Source: Hypanus sabinus (Eukaryota). Taken from it: a stretch of 64,000 bases of DNA. The number at the start of each line of letters is the position of its first letter. The first letter of the stretch is position 1. The notes below the pieces were generated by a model. The model did no database searches. It was not told where the DNA came from and saw only the letters and a list, made by a program, of their open reading frames with translations. Where the stretch lies: the NCBI RefSeq assembly GCF_030144855.1, contig NC_082707.1:164362001-164426000 (forward strand), read 5' to 3'. A program made the translations under genes and the position numbers. Below, piece after piece: positions 25,055 to 37,459 of the stretch.

Positions 25055-26490
25055 CTTCTTCAAAGTTCAAAGTAAATTTTGTTAGCAAACACATATATGT
25101 CATCATATACAACCGTGAGATCAAATCTCTTTCAAGCAATCATAGTAAAAACAAGAAACACAATAGAATCAATGAAAGACTGTACACAACAGGACAGAAA
25201 ACAACTGATGTGCAAAAAAAAAACACCTATGCAAGTATAAAGGATGGAAAAAAAGATATAATAATAATAATAAGTAAATAAATAAGCAATAAGTAATGAG
25301 AACATGAAATGAAGTGTCATTGAAAGTGAGTTTAGTTCAGTGGGAACAGTTCAGTGATGTGGTGAGTTATGTGCAGTGATGTTATCCCCTCTGGTTCAAA
25401 AGCCCAATGGTTGAGGGGTAATAAATGTTCCTGAACCTGGTGGTGCGCGTCCTGAGGCTCCTGTGACTCCTTCCCGATGGCAACTGTAAGAAGAGAGCAT
25501 GCATGGATAGCGGTGGTCCTTGATGACAACAACGCTCCATAAAGATATGCTCAGTGACGGGGAGGTCTTTACTCACGATGGACTGGTGAACCACTACTTT
25601 TTGTAGGATTTTCTATTCAAGGGCATTGGAGTTTCCATTCTAAGCCATGATGCAATTCTCTATTGCACATCTATAAAAGTTTGTCAAAGTTTTAGATAAC
25701 ATGCCAAATCTTTGCAGACTTCTAAGAAAATAGAGGCACTGCTGTGCTTTCTTCATAATGGCACTTACATATTGGGTCAAGGACAGATCCTCTGAAATAA
25801 TAACACCGAGGAATTTAAAGTTGCTGACCCTCCGCATCTCTGATTCCCCGAATAGTACTGGCTCAGGAACCTCTGGTTTCCTGGGTGGTGTACTGATATT
25901 GAGTGAGACTTTGTTGTTGAGGCATCACTCAGGCAGATTTTCAACCTCCCTCCTAGATGCTCATTCATAATCACCTTTGATTCAGCCTGCAACAGTCATA
26001 AGTATGAAGCAAGTGGAGCAGGGAGCTAAGCACACAGTCTCGTGGTGTATCAGTGCTGATGCGGATTGTGGAGGAGATGTTGTTGCCAATCTGAATGGAC
26101 TTAGGGCTGCAAGTGGAGAACACTAGGATCCAATTGCACAAGGGGGTATTGAAGCTAAGGCCTTGAAGCTTATTGATTAGTTTTGAGTGGATGATGATAT
26201 TAAATCCCAACCTGTAGTCGATAAACTTCATCCTGATTTATACATCTTTACTGTCCAGATGTTCCAGGGTTGAGTGAAGAGCCAATAAAATGGCACCTGC
26301 TGTTGATCTGTTGTGATGGGAGATGAATTGTCACTTCTCAGACAGGAGTTGCTACATTTCCTCACCAGCTTCTGAAACCACTTTATCACAGTGCATGGAA
26401 GCACTAATGGAGGATAGTCATTGAGGCAAACTACCGTGTTCTTCTTAGGCACCAGTATAATTGAAGCCTGATTGAAGTAGGTAAGTACCT
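25055..26490 (-). mobile_element. Rex1/Babar LINE, sense 3' half (RT to tail)
   Basis: PKKNTVVCLNDY, FKFLGVIISEDL, LPSGRSHRSLRTRTTRF; (ttcaaag)n tail. Confidence 0.85.
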
Positions 26491-26519
26491 AACGGAGCCT
26501 AGTCCCATTTTGGGGCAGC

Positions 26520-28064
26520 ACTGTAAGGATCATGTTTTTTGGTTTCTCGGATGCCTTTAATACCATTCAGCCTTCATTGCTTTGTGGATCCAGCAATCGG
26601 CAGTATATAATTTCCCTTTAGGCAATGCACTTTTAAATCAATGTAATGAACTACAGATTTCATGACCTTCTGAAGGGCCCAGCAGACCAAGCTAGTAAGC
26701 TACCTTTAAGCGGACGAAGGCTCATTGCTGGAAGCAAGGTAGGAGGGGGGACTCCAAGCCAAGCTGAAACACAGAGGGATGAGGCCCCCTCTACCCAGCA
26801 TCTCGTTAGCAAATGTGCGGTCACTGGAGAACAAAGTTGCTGTATTAGAGGGAAGATTGCTGTATTAGAGGGAAATGAGAGATTGTGGTTTTCAGTGTGC
26901 GAACAAGATGTGGCTTACTCCCAGCACGCCAGATATGGCAATCAGACCTGCAGGGTTGTTGATTCACAGGATGGATCAAACTCTGATTTGGAAAAGGCGA
27001 ATGGTGGAGGTGTGTGTTTCATGATAAGCTCGAGGTAGTGCTCCGATGTGGCGGTTCTGTTGAAATGGTGTTCCATTGAACTTGAACAGCTAATGGTCAA
27101 ATGTCATCCATTCTATTTACGTAAGGGGTTCTCCTCCATAACCCTGATTGCAATTTACATACTACCAGTGGCCGACTATAATCAAGCTCTTGAGATATTG
27201 CATGATGTTGTTTCCAGACAAGAAACAATCCATCACAATGCATTTCAAATCATAGTTGGTTACTTCAAACAGGTTAATTTGAAGAAAACCCTGTCAAATT
27301 ACCACAGCATGTAACCTATAGCATCGGAGGTTCTAACACACTGGACCACTGGAATGTTCACCAGACTACGTCCAGACTACATTTCAGGAAATCTGATCAC
27401 TTGGTTGTCCTTCTCCTACCTGCAGAGGCAAAAGAACCTGGTAGTGTGAGTCCTGAGGCTCCTGTACCTTCTTCCCAATGGCAGCAATGAGAAGAGAGCA
27501 AGTCCTGTGTGGTGGCGATCCCCGATGACGGATAAAGTTCCAGAGATTAGGACAACAAAGAGGAGGTCGTGGGAGGCCAAGGAGTGGCTACAGGATTGCT
27601 TCGAGTTGGTGGACTGAGACCTGTTCAAGGATTCGTGTGGATCTGAATGAATACTTAATGGTTGTCACCAGATGTCCTGGATGAACCACAAGATCTGCAA
27701 CCTGCTGAGGGACAGATTAGAGCAATTCAAGTCCGGTGACCAAAAAAGTAACATGAGATCTAGGTACAATCTCCAGAAAGGCATCTCATGGGTGAAGTGG
27801 CAGTGCTGGACTAAATTTGAATCAGTGAAGGATTATCAACAGTTGTGGCTGAGCTTGAATACTATCACTTACAAAGTTAAACCAACTGACTTAGGCAACA
27901 ATAGGGCTTCATTCTAGATGAGCTCAGTGCTTTCTGTGCTCGCTTTGACCGTCACAACATGGAGGGACCATCCTGAACTCCCACAGCACCTGATTATCTC
28001 ATGCAAGCAGCCTTCAGGTGGAGGGTGAACCTATGTAAAGCATTCAGCCCAGACAGGATACCTT
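26520..28064 (+). mobile_element. Rex1/Babar LINE inverted 5' half (5' UTR and endonuclease to pre-RT)
   Basis: GGGVCFMIS, LMVKCHPFYL..FSSITLIAIYI, SDHLVVLL; ends near the GPDGIP-like SPDRIP; a small minus-strand Rex1 piece lies at ~27437-27530. Confidence 0.8.
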
Positions 28065-28109
28065 AGGTGTCTGCATAGAATCAACATAACATCTGACTAA
28101 TTTCTATAA

Positions 28110-28465
28110 ATGTATAGTATGGATAGCCAGAGGCTTTTTCCTCTGAAAAAGGAAAAAGGAAGGCTTTTTCCTTTTTCCAGGGCTGAAATGGCTAACACAA
28201 GGGGGCATAGTTTTAAGGTGCTTGGAAGTAGGTACAAGGGTGATGTCAGAGGTAAGTTATTCACACAGAGAGTGGTGGGTGTGGAATGCCCTGCCAGTGA
28301 CAGTGGTGGAGGCAGATACAATAGGGTTTTTTTAAAGTACATGGAGCTTAAAAAATAGAGGACTATGCAGTAGGGTAATTCTAGACAGTTTCTAGAGTAG
28401 GTTACATGGTCGGCACAACAATTTGGGCTGAAGGGCCTGTAATGTGCTGTAGGTTTCTATGATCT
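28110..28465 (+). mobile_element. CR1 3' end
   Basis: RAEMANTRGHSFKVLGSRYKGDVRGK. Confidence 0.85.
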
Positions 28466-29839
28466 ATGACTCTGTGATCTAAACCCCGGAATACCATCAG
28501 CCAAGTCCTTTTAATGGCCACAATGTGTGGTTTCATGTACTGATCCACGCTATGAGTTCATCACCCTTGTTCGTGATACTTCTCACATTAAAGATGACAC
28601 TTTTCAACCCATCCGCTGACTGCATTTACGTCCAATCCACAGCCCCACAGCCACACAGCCTCTCGACACGTTGCATCTATCTTTACTCCAACAGCTCCAT
28701 CCTCTGGTTCCCATCACCTTGCTGATGTAACTTCATTGGAATAACAGCTGAATATTTGGAATGTTACCCCTCAAAAATGACAAAATCCTGATTTTTTTTT
28801 AAACTTGATTATATTATAATGGACATCTGAAATCTAATAAAAAAAAGTTGATAGTATCTGTCAGGTCAGCCAAACTCTGCTGAGAGAGCGAAATGAAGTT
28901 ACTGCTTCAGGCTGATGATCTTTCATTCAGAATCAATTTCATTGAATTAATTATTTTGTGTCAGTGGCCCTTGGGATGGGCGTTAATTGAGCACTGTTTG
29001 TTGTCGTCTTTTCTGGAATTGAATGGGGTATTTTGAGGTTGATGTAGTTTGCTCTATCAGGTTTTGGAGGCTGGCATGTTTGTCCTCCTGCCCAATAGGG
29101 AGCGTTGGGTGAGTCTGCTAGTCCTGCCTGCTTTTATGTGTTGGAGCGAGTTTCAGTGCCTGTAATGGTGAAGCCCAATTAAGTGAGTGGAAAATGAAAC
29201 CATTCGGCATACAGTGTGACATGAAGTGTAAATTAGAGGCACCTCATTTGGAAGTAGTCTTCTGGGAAATACAGTGATGAAGGAAACGATAGCACAGTCT
29301 GGTATACCCAGCTGTTCAGTTCTAATTAGCCCTGATCTAATGGGGCTGGACCTTGCACACTGTGGGCACTGGTTGCAAAAGCATTTGCCAAAGGACACTA
29401 TTTTTATGCAGTGTGAAAACTCAGGCAGGGTACCAGCCTTATACTAATAAGTAAATAATATCATGAGAACCCATGCCAAATTTCACACATTTCCACAAAA
29501 TTCAAGACACAATTAGAGCCTCATCAATAAAATCAGTTTCTATCCATACCACTAGTGGTGTAGTAAAGCTGGGGTTTTTTTTGGCTTCATTCTGAATTCT
29601 TTTCATTGTGCACACTTTGAAGGTGCTTCCCTGTTCAATGTGACTTGATTGACCAACACTGGCTTTTTATAGCCTCACTGACTTTGCTGTGCTGTATTTA
29701 CATTTAAAAATCAGGTAGCTGCAGTGAGATCAGCAGCAGTGTGTGCCTGGACTATATCAGACCGAGCTGGATATGGCAAGAGCCTTGATCCTTAGTAGTC
29801 TGTATATACCTTTCTCACTAACATTTTAAGTAGAATCCC

Positions 29840-30470
29840 CGAAGAAATAGTAGCAGGGGAGGTCACAGGTCTGTCAAACCTGCTCCCTTATTCATTAAGA
29901 TCATTGCTAATGTGACTGGCCGCAGCTTTACTTTCCTGCAACCCCAACTTCCCGTTTTTATCATTACTGTCAGCACAGTGATAGACAAAAGTTCTCTGTT
30001 GAAGCCTTGTATATTAAACGATTCAATCTCCATTGTTCTCTGATGTTGAACATTCTAAAGATTCCACCAAGGAATTCAGAGTTGGATTTTTTTTTCTCAC
30101 TGCAACTTAAATGAGCAACCACTTATTGTGAAAGTCTGCTCTTTAATTCAAGACATGAGGGGAAACATCCTCTCAGTATCTGCCCTGTCAAACCTTCTCA
30201 TAATGTGTTTGTCCAAGATCGCTCCTTAATCTTTTAAACAGTAAACATAGCCCCAGCTTGCCAGACCTTTCCTTATCATTCAAACCCTTCATTCTAGGAA
30301 TCAACCTGGTGAACCTTTGGTAATTTGCCTCCATTACAAATATATCCTTCCTTAAACATAATGTCCAACACTGCATGCAATACTGCAGGTGTGCTTTCAC
30401 CAATATCTTGTACAGTTGCATCAAGATTTACCCACTTTTAAAGCTACGAAGTTCTGAAATAATTGCAGTA
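29840..30470 (-). mobile_element. Degenerate CR1 3' part
   Basis: MQLYKILVKAHLQYCMQCW..QRFTRLIP. Confidence 0.75.
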
Positions 30471-33400
30471 AGTTTTAATATTCCACTTGTCTTTCAGTTT
30501 GGGTTGAGTTGTTCTCCGATCAAGATCAGAGAACAACTCAACCCCACCATCAACCACCTGACCTACACAATTCTGAGTTATTTGTCTGTCTAGTTACTTG
30601 CTATACCTGCATACTAATCTTTTGTATTTCCTGTATAAGTACACCTGGATGTCTGGAACTATCAGCTCTTCAAAAAGGTTACAAGTTTAATGTGGCACTC
30701 CACCGGGCAAGCCAGTAATGTAAGCAGCTCTCTGCTTTTGCTGCATCCAGCAGTCAGTTGATGCCATCTTCCCATTATCCCAGAGGTCATCATGCAAATC
30801 AATTCACTGCACGTGATATCAAAAAATTACTGAGATACTGAATTCTACAAAGGCAATGAATCATCCAACATCCCAGCAGTGGCAGTTCAGAAATGTGAGA
30901 TACCATTACAGTTACAACGTTGACATCCATGCCACAATGTAGATATTTGCTTATTTATGTCGAGTCCATAAAGAGCAGGACAAATCCCAGCCAATTCATT
31001 ACTGCCCCAATAACCTACTTAATACACAGCAAAGTGATAGAAGGATTGTCAACAGTACTACCTGATCATTGATGCTCATTTTGGGATTCTGCCCTAGGCA
31101 TCATGGGCACTAGAGCTTATTTCCAAAAATAAGGTGACTGTGACTGCCCTTAACATCAAGAAAATTTGAGAGAATATTGCATCACGATGCTCTTGAGAAA
31201 TGCTAAGTTGAAGATGGCAAGACTCTCTACTGATGGGAACTTACCCAACACAAAGGAACAGCTGAAGTTGTCAAAAGTCAATCTCTTTAGCCTCAGAAGC
31301 TGTCTCCTTGGTCTAATCTTTTCTCCTGAATCGTTCTTTTGGGAAGTTGTTCATTGTTCATCCCTAAATGTCCTTCAGAAGACAGACGTGAGCCAAGAGT
31401 TTGAACTGTGCGGTGCTTCTGGGGAAAGTAATCCAGTAGTGCAAATGTGGAGGAGCTGCAGAGATGTGACATAATAAGGAATGTTCAATTTCAGCTGCTT
31501 CTTCAGTGGCCTTCCCTCCATGGTAACAAAATGAACTATGAATGTTCCGAAGCTTATTTTTGATGCACAGTAATTAGTTAAAAATGGACATCTGCTAAAA
31601 AGTAATGAAATGAAATAAACACTGAATTTTAAATTTCACCATCCATTCATAAGGTATGAATAAATTATTTTGCATTCAGGAATTAATATCATCACATTTC
31701 AAAAGTGGGAACAAGAGCCTATTGGAGAACAAAGTAACAGTACCTATCTGCTGATCTGGGATGAGCGATGTAAAACTTTCATCGGAGAACTCATTTTAGA
31801 ATCTGGCCATGGATAGATAACAGTAATTGATGAACAGCTCTACAAAGTTACTTGGATGTCTATTTCTCCTTTAAAAAAAAAACTACTGAAGATATCTAAT
31901 AGGCCCTGGAGACCATTTAGATTTACTTACTGGTTCATTAACTCCTAGAGTATTAACGATGTTATACATTATTTTTGGTTGTTATTCCAATTTTTTGAAA
32001 AAAAATCTTCATTTATTCCTCTTCCAATCATTGACCATCCATTTATCATTGTTAGATATACGATATTCCACATTCTTCCTGTAAGCAAATATGGTTATGA
32101 AATAGATTAAGAAACAAATGTGCAATGACACTCTTAAGTAGAACTAATTGATTATCTAAACGTCTTGTTTGTGAGCCCTTCTCAGCAGTTATAACTCTGT
32201 ATGCTGGCGTACCAGTAGTAAACCACTTTAACCTCCTATTTCCTTACTTTAAACAGGTTATTGATATTTTTATGATGAATGCCACAACGAAGCAAGTGTC
32301 AAGAAGCTGGTTAAATGCCATAACATTGCAAGAAATTAAGGTATAAAACAGAGTACTTTAAGCAAGAATTGGTAAACTTCAAATGGATTCTTTAAAAAAC
32401 TACTTAATTGGTGCTGAATACGTAATTTTAATAATTATGTCATGTTACGTCTGTATTTGCTTTGAGAACGATGATACAATTTCTTTTATTATCATCCTCC
32501 TAAAATTATTAATATTACTGAGTATAAAGTAAAATTGAAGCATCAGATAGCTCAGCAGAAACTGTAGACATTCAGGCTTTTTCTTTGGACATTGTGATCA
32601 TTGTTTGCCCTGGGGGCTCGTTATCATTTCTCACTTATGATGTACTGGTAATCTACATCAACAAGCCAATATTGACTTTAATAGGTTTGAAAATGATCCT
32701 AATTTGATACATTTATGAACCTTTTAAAAAAAAGTACCATTTACACTTGTCGACACGTCATGGGATTCTCTTAGAATATCCATCTGCTGGGAATTCAGGA
32801 AAAACACCCAGAGCAGCTGTAAGAAGTGCACAAGGACACTTTGTTCTTTAAGTGTTAATGAACAAACTGCTGCCCATTGAACAAGCCTTTGTTTGAAAGG
32901 GTCATAGGTGTGCAGTGATATTCCCACTCCAGTTCTTTATAGTTAATTGTGTTTACACTTCCGTCTCACTGCCTCCATTTTTAGTGACAGCTAATTGGCA
33001 GGGAGGCTGATCTGATTACGTTTTACAAGCTTCAGGGACAATTGAAAACTATAAAGAACAATTTCAACAAATTATGTCATATTTCCAGCGGAGCACTCTA
33101 GAAGTCAAGCCTTGCTTTGTGGTGCACATGGATAAACATGGAATGCTTTTCGTTTTACTGAAGTATCTGTTCTCTCACAGGCCATGTCCCTCATACTTTC
33201 GACGTGTCTCCTGAAGAGATATAATAGCAGCAGTCCTTTTTGTTTCTCCCCAGTTATCTGTAAACACATTTAAAATGCATTCCCTTATGTCTGCAGATCA
33301 ATAAATCAACCTAAGCAAATCTGTTGAGTCTCTGAAATGCTATCAGAATTCAGATAATTATATTTTCCTTTCCTACATCACCACGGTGGCAACATTTAAA

Positions 33401-33779
33401 AAGTAATTGATAGTTGCAAAGTGCTCCTGGATATCCAGAGGTTGGGAAAGGCTTTGCACAAATGCAAGTTCTTTTCTTTCTGCGCTAATGCTGGTGATAA
33501 AAGGAGCTATAAATTTTGACCTTTGTGGGGATAGGCGAATATAGAAAATTTTTACCTATTTACATTTATATTGAAAAAATATAAATAAAATGTCAGAGGT
33601 TGGAACTGTAAGTAACCAAAGGGATGACTGCATTCTTCCAATAATTACCACAGTGATTTTGGACTCTTTGAAGGCCTAGGAGGAGAATTTAACAGGGATC
33701 CCAAGATCTATCACCAATTTGCTTCTGCTTAATCTAGAACACTCAAAGAGCAAATGATGTGATGCTTTTGATCTTCTTG

Positions 33780-34155
33780 TTTGATCTCTATTCTGGACCT
33801 GTACTTTTCCAGGTTGAAGAAGAGGGCGGGGAACATCATAAAGGACTCCTTTCATCCTGCGCATGGACTGTTTGAACTGCTTCCGTCTGGTAGGCGCTTC
33901 AGATCCCTCCAGACTAAGACTAATAGGCACTGGAGAAGTTTTTTCCCTACTGCGGTCACTTTGCTGAACAGTTAACTGCCGGTTAACTGTCGGCTAACTA
34001 TTACTTGGATTGCACTACCTGTATGTATAATCTATATTTTCATTTATATTTATCATTATTATTGTTATGAGCAGAGAGACAACATCTGCCGGAAGTAAAT
34101 TCCTTGTATGTGCACAGGTACTTGGCGATTAAAGTCTGATTCTGATTCTGATTCT
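33780..34155 (+). mobile_element. Rex1/Babar 3' end
   Basis: HPAHGLFELLPSGRRFRSL; (tctgat)n tail. Confidence 0.85.
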
Positions 34156-34189
34156 TCATCTCATGGCACAGGATTTTGTCCAAGTCTTT

Positions 34190-34365
34190 ATGTATATTTA
34201 AGACAGTGGTTGGTTAATTCTTGATTGGTCAGGGCATGAAGGGATATAGGGAGAAAGCAAGAGATTGGGGTTGAGAGAAAAAAATGGATCAGACATGGTG
34301 AAATGGTCGAGAAGACTTGATGGGTCAAATGGCCTAATTCTGCTTTCATATCTTATGGTCTTAAG
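34190..34365 (+). mobile_element. CR1 3' UTR fragment
   Basis: gatgggtcaaatggcctaattctgct..tcttatggtctt terminus. Confidence 0.7.
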
Positions 34366-35564
34366 GGCAGAATGTCCTTTTAGAAACTTCTCCTTGAGAT
34401 GTAGTATTTCATCCACACCCTCTTTGATTACGCTTAGGAGAAATGCTGGATCTTTGTTTAAATTGGTCACTTCAGCAGAGAACCCTATATATTTCCTATG
34501 TGCATCATAATGCATTAAGACGTCATCTGAACTAAATTATTAGTAATTTTTTCTTGCTACACTAATGCAGTCATTATCTTGCTACAACTTGTCATAACTG
34601 AGAATTTTTGAATCATTTTCTCTGATCTCTGCTTGTGCAGTGAAGGATAACTTTGCTTCAGTACCCTCACCTCTACATCCTTTGTGGGATTACAGTACAT
34701 CTCAAAATACCGTCAAGCCTTGTCAGATGATCTAACCATCTTATAAAGATACATTCTCCTTAATTTGCAATTATGATATTCTTGCATATAAGGTTTAATG
34801 TCCCTTTTTATTTTCATCACCCCTTCAAAGTCTGAACATTGAAGTCCATGATTCAATAGAATTTGCATGATTGGGCGTTAAATTTTTTGCATGGCAAGTC
34901 ACTCAATGTGTGAGTTAATTCAGCTCCTGAAAGGGAATCAGGTCTTGAGGAATTAAAAGAATGAGAAAAGCAAATGTATACCCTCTTCAAGATTGTGAGA
35001 TAAACACTAAGTCCTGGAAATGAAAGTGAATGAATGTATTTGAATTCAAAGTCAAATGTTGGATAAGAAAAGTAAATAAAAGATGGGAGGAAAAACTAGA
35101 TTAAGGAGGCAAAGATAAACAGGAAAAGTAACTTCTAAATTTAATATTTTCAGACCTCCAACAAACATTAAAAGTTGAAGTAGAGATTCCAAATTAGTGG
35201 TAGTTGTACCAGGGCCAGAAAGGTTGACTGGCAGTGTTTAACAATTACAAGTGTATTTAAACTTGCAAAGGGAAGATTTGACATTATGTGACTAGTTCAT
35301 GTCTACTGTGCAACTACAGCAACCTTGACAATCCAATGCATTTCACAGATGAAGCTGGATGAGATGCCATTCTTACAAATCTAATGCTGAACCAGTGGAG
35401 TTTGGTAGCCAGTTTTGGATATTTGCAATTCATCACACAGCTGAAGCTCCTGGATCACTTTTGTTACCTTGAAAGTAATATTTAATATGGTATGAAAATT
35501 CATGAAACCACATCCAAATTTTGCATGTAAAGTGACATTAAGTTTGCGATCATCAACAGAATGT

Positions 35565-36345
35565 TGAGTTCATCTGGGTAGAGATTACGAATAGTAAAGA
35601 GAAAAAAAATCACTGGTGGATGTCGTCGATAGGCCATCTGATAAAAATATTGCAATGGCAGAGGCGATTAACCAAGAAATAACTGAGACTTGTAAGAATG
35701 GAACAGCAGTTGTCATGGGGGATTTTAATTTCCACATTGATTGGGTGAATCAGGTTGGTCAAGTAAGTCTTGAGGAGGACTTCACAGAATGCATTCGTGA
35801 TGGCTTTCTTGAACAGCATGTTAGTGAACTTACAAGGGAAAGTACTATCTTAGATCTAGTCCTGTGCAATGAGGCAGGTAAGATTAACGATCTTATAGTC
35901 AAGGATCCTCTTGGAAAGAGTGATCATAGTATGATTGAATTTCGCATACAGATGGAGGACGAAATAGTTAGATCTAAAATTAGTGTATTATGCTTGAACA
36001 AGGGAGACTACAACAGGATGAGGGAGGAGTTGGCTAATGTGGATTGGGAGCATAGGCTATTTGGTAGGACATTTGAGGAACAGTGGAATACTTTCAAAGA
36101 GATGTTTCACAGTGCTCAACAAAAGTATATTCCAGTCAAAAGTAAGGACAGTAAGTGTGGGGAGAGCCAGCCTTGGATAACTAAGGAAATAAAAGATAGT
36201 ATCAAATTAAAAGCTCATGTGTACAAAGTCGCAAAGAGTAATGGGAGACTGGAGGATTAGGAAAACTTTAAAAAGCAAAAAAGAACAACTAAACAAGAAA
36301 TAAAGAAAGGGAAGATAGAGTATGAAGGTAAATTAGCACAAAATA
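35565..36345 (+). mobile_element. CR1 ORF2 endonuclease fragment
   Basis: VVMGDFNF, LDLVLCN, LGKSDH, PWITKEIK in a 214-aa ORF. Confidence 0.9.
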
Positions 36346-37029
36346 GTGTAGAGTACACCTACAACTCCTTGGTTAGTACCACCACTGGAATGTCTCCCTT
36401 TGAATGCTCCCCCGGTTACCGACCCCCTCTGTTCTCCACTCATGAAGATGACTTGCTGTGCCTTCTGTTCAGGCCCATCTCCGCTGGTGCCGCAAGATCT
36501 GGAAAGACACGCACGGCCCTGCTCTGCTCAACTGACTGTAACCGTAGGATTGCTGATGGCCATTGGATTCCTGCACCTGATTAACAGCCTGGGCAGAAGG
36601 TTTGGCTCTCTTTTAAAGACATCCCCCTCAAGAATGAACCCAAGCAACTTGCCCCTCGCAACCTGGGACATTCAAGATTGAGAGTATTATTAACTCCTCG
36701 GCCGTCAGACTCAAATTGCCTGGATCCATGCACATCCATCTCATGTTCCACATCTCCCAATTGAAACCTGTGTCTGTCAGCGCTTTGTGCCCTCCTGCCG
36801 AACCCTCTCCACCCACCCTAATCATTGATGACCACCCAGAATACTAGATGTGCGCTGCCGAGGCAGGGGCCTCCAATACCTGGTCGATTTGGAGGGATAC
36901 GGCCCAGAGGAACATTCCTGGGTTCCCAGCTCCTTCATTTTGGACCCTTCCCTCATTTGTGATTTCCATTGGGACAATCTAGACAAGCCTGGTGGATCGC
37001 CTGGAGGCTCCAGTTGGGAGGGAGGATAC
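36346..37029 (+). mobile_element. Sushi-type Gypsy integrase C-terminus, chromodomain and PPT (inverted block)
   Basis: [37 protein letters not shown]; purine tract gggagggaggat before the LTR. Confidence 0.9.
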
Positions 37030-37454
37030 ATTCATGGTCCCAATCGTTAATTCCCTATCTTGCTCTTAATTTCCGTTGATTGTGCCATGGTTCTGACTGT
37101 TAATTTCCCAATTGCTTCTAATTTGCTTTGATGACAGCACGTCAGGTTTCCATCAAGAGCTGCAGTATAAGAACCCTGGCATCACAATCACTAGTCGCCA
37201 GATCGTTGGTTTCTTTCCTATGAGATAACTACATTTCCCGAACGCTTAGAACCGTTTGTTCTAAGTTTAGCTCCAGTTTCTAGGTTTACCTATGAGACTC
37301 CATCTCTCTGAGTCAAGGCTCCGTATCAGGGCTTTGTGTCAAGATCCCTCCTGTTCGCTGTTTGGCATTTACGCCTGTGTAAGCATCTAAACTCAATCTC
37401 CGTGCCTATGTCCTGCACTTGCGTTCGCCTCATTCACCACATTCTAATGCAATA
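37030..37454 (+). repeat. 3' LTR of the Sushi-type element (inverted relative to the 5' LTR)
   Basis: Reverse complement of 39624-39977 plus 40845-40907. Confidence 0.9.
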
Positions 37455-37459
37455 GGTTA

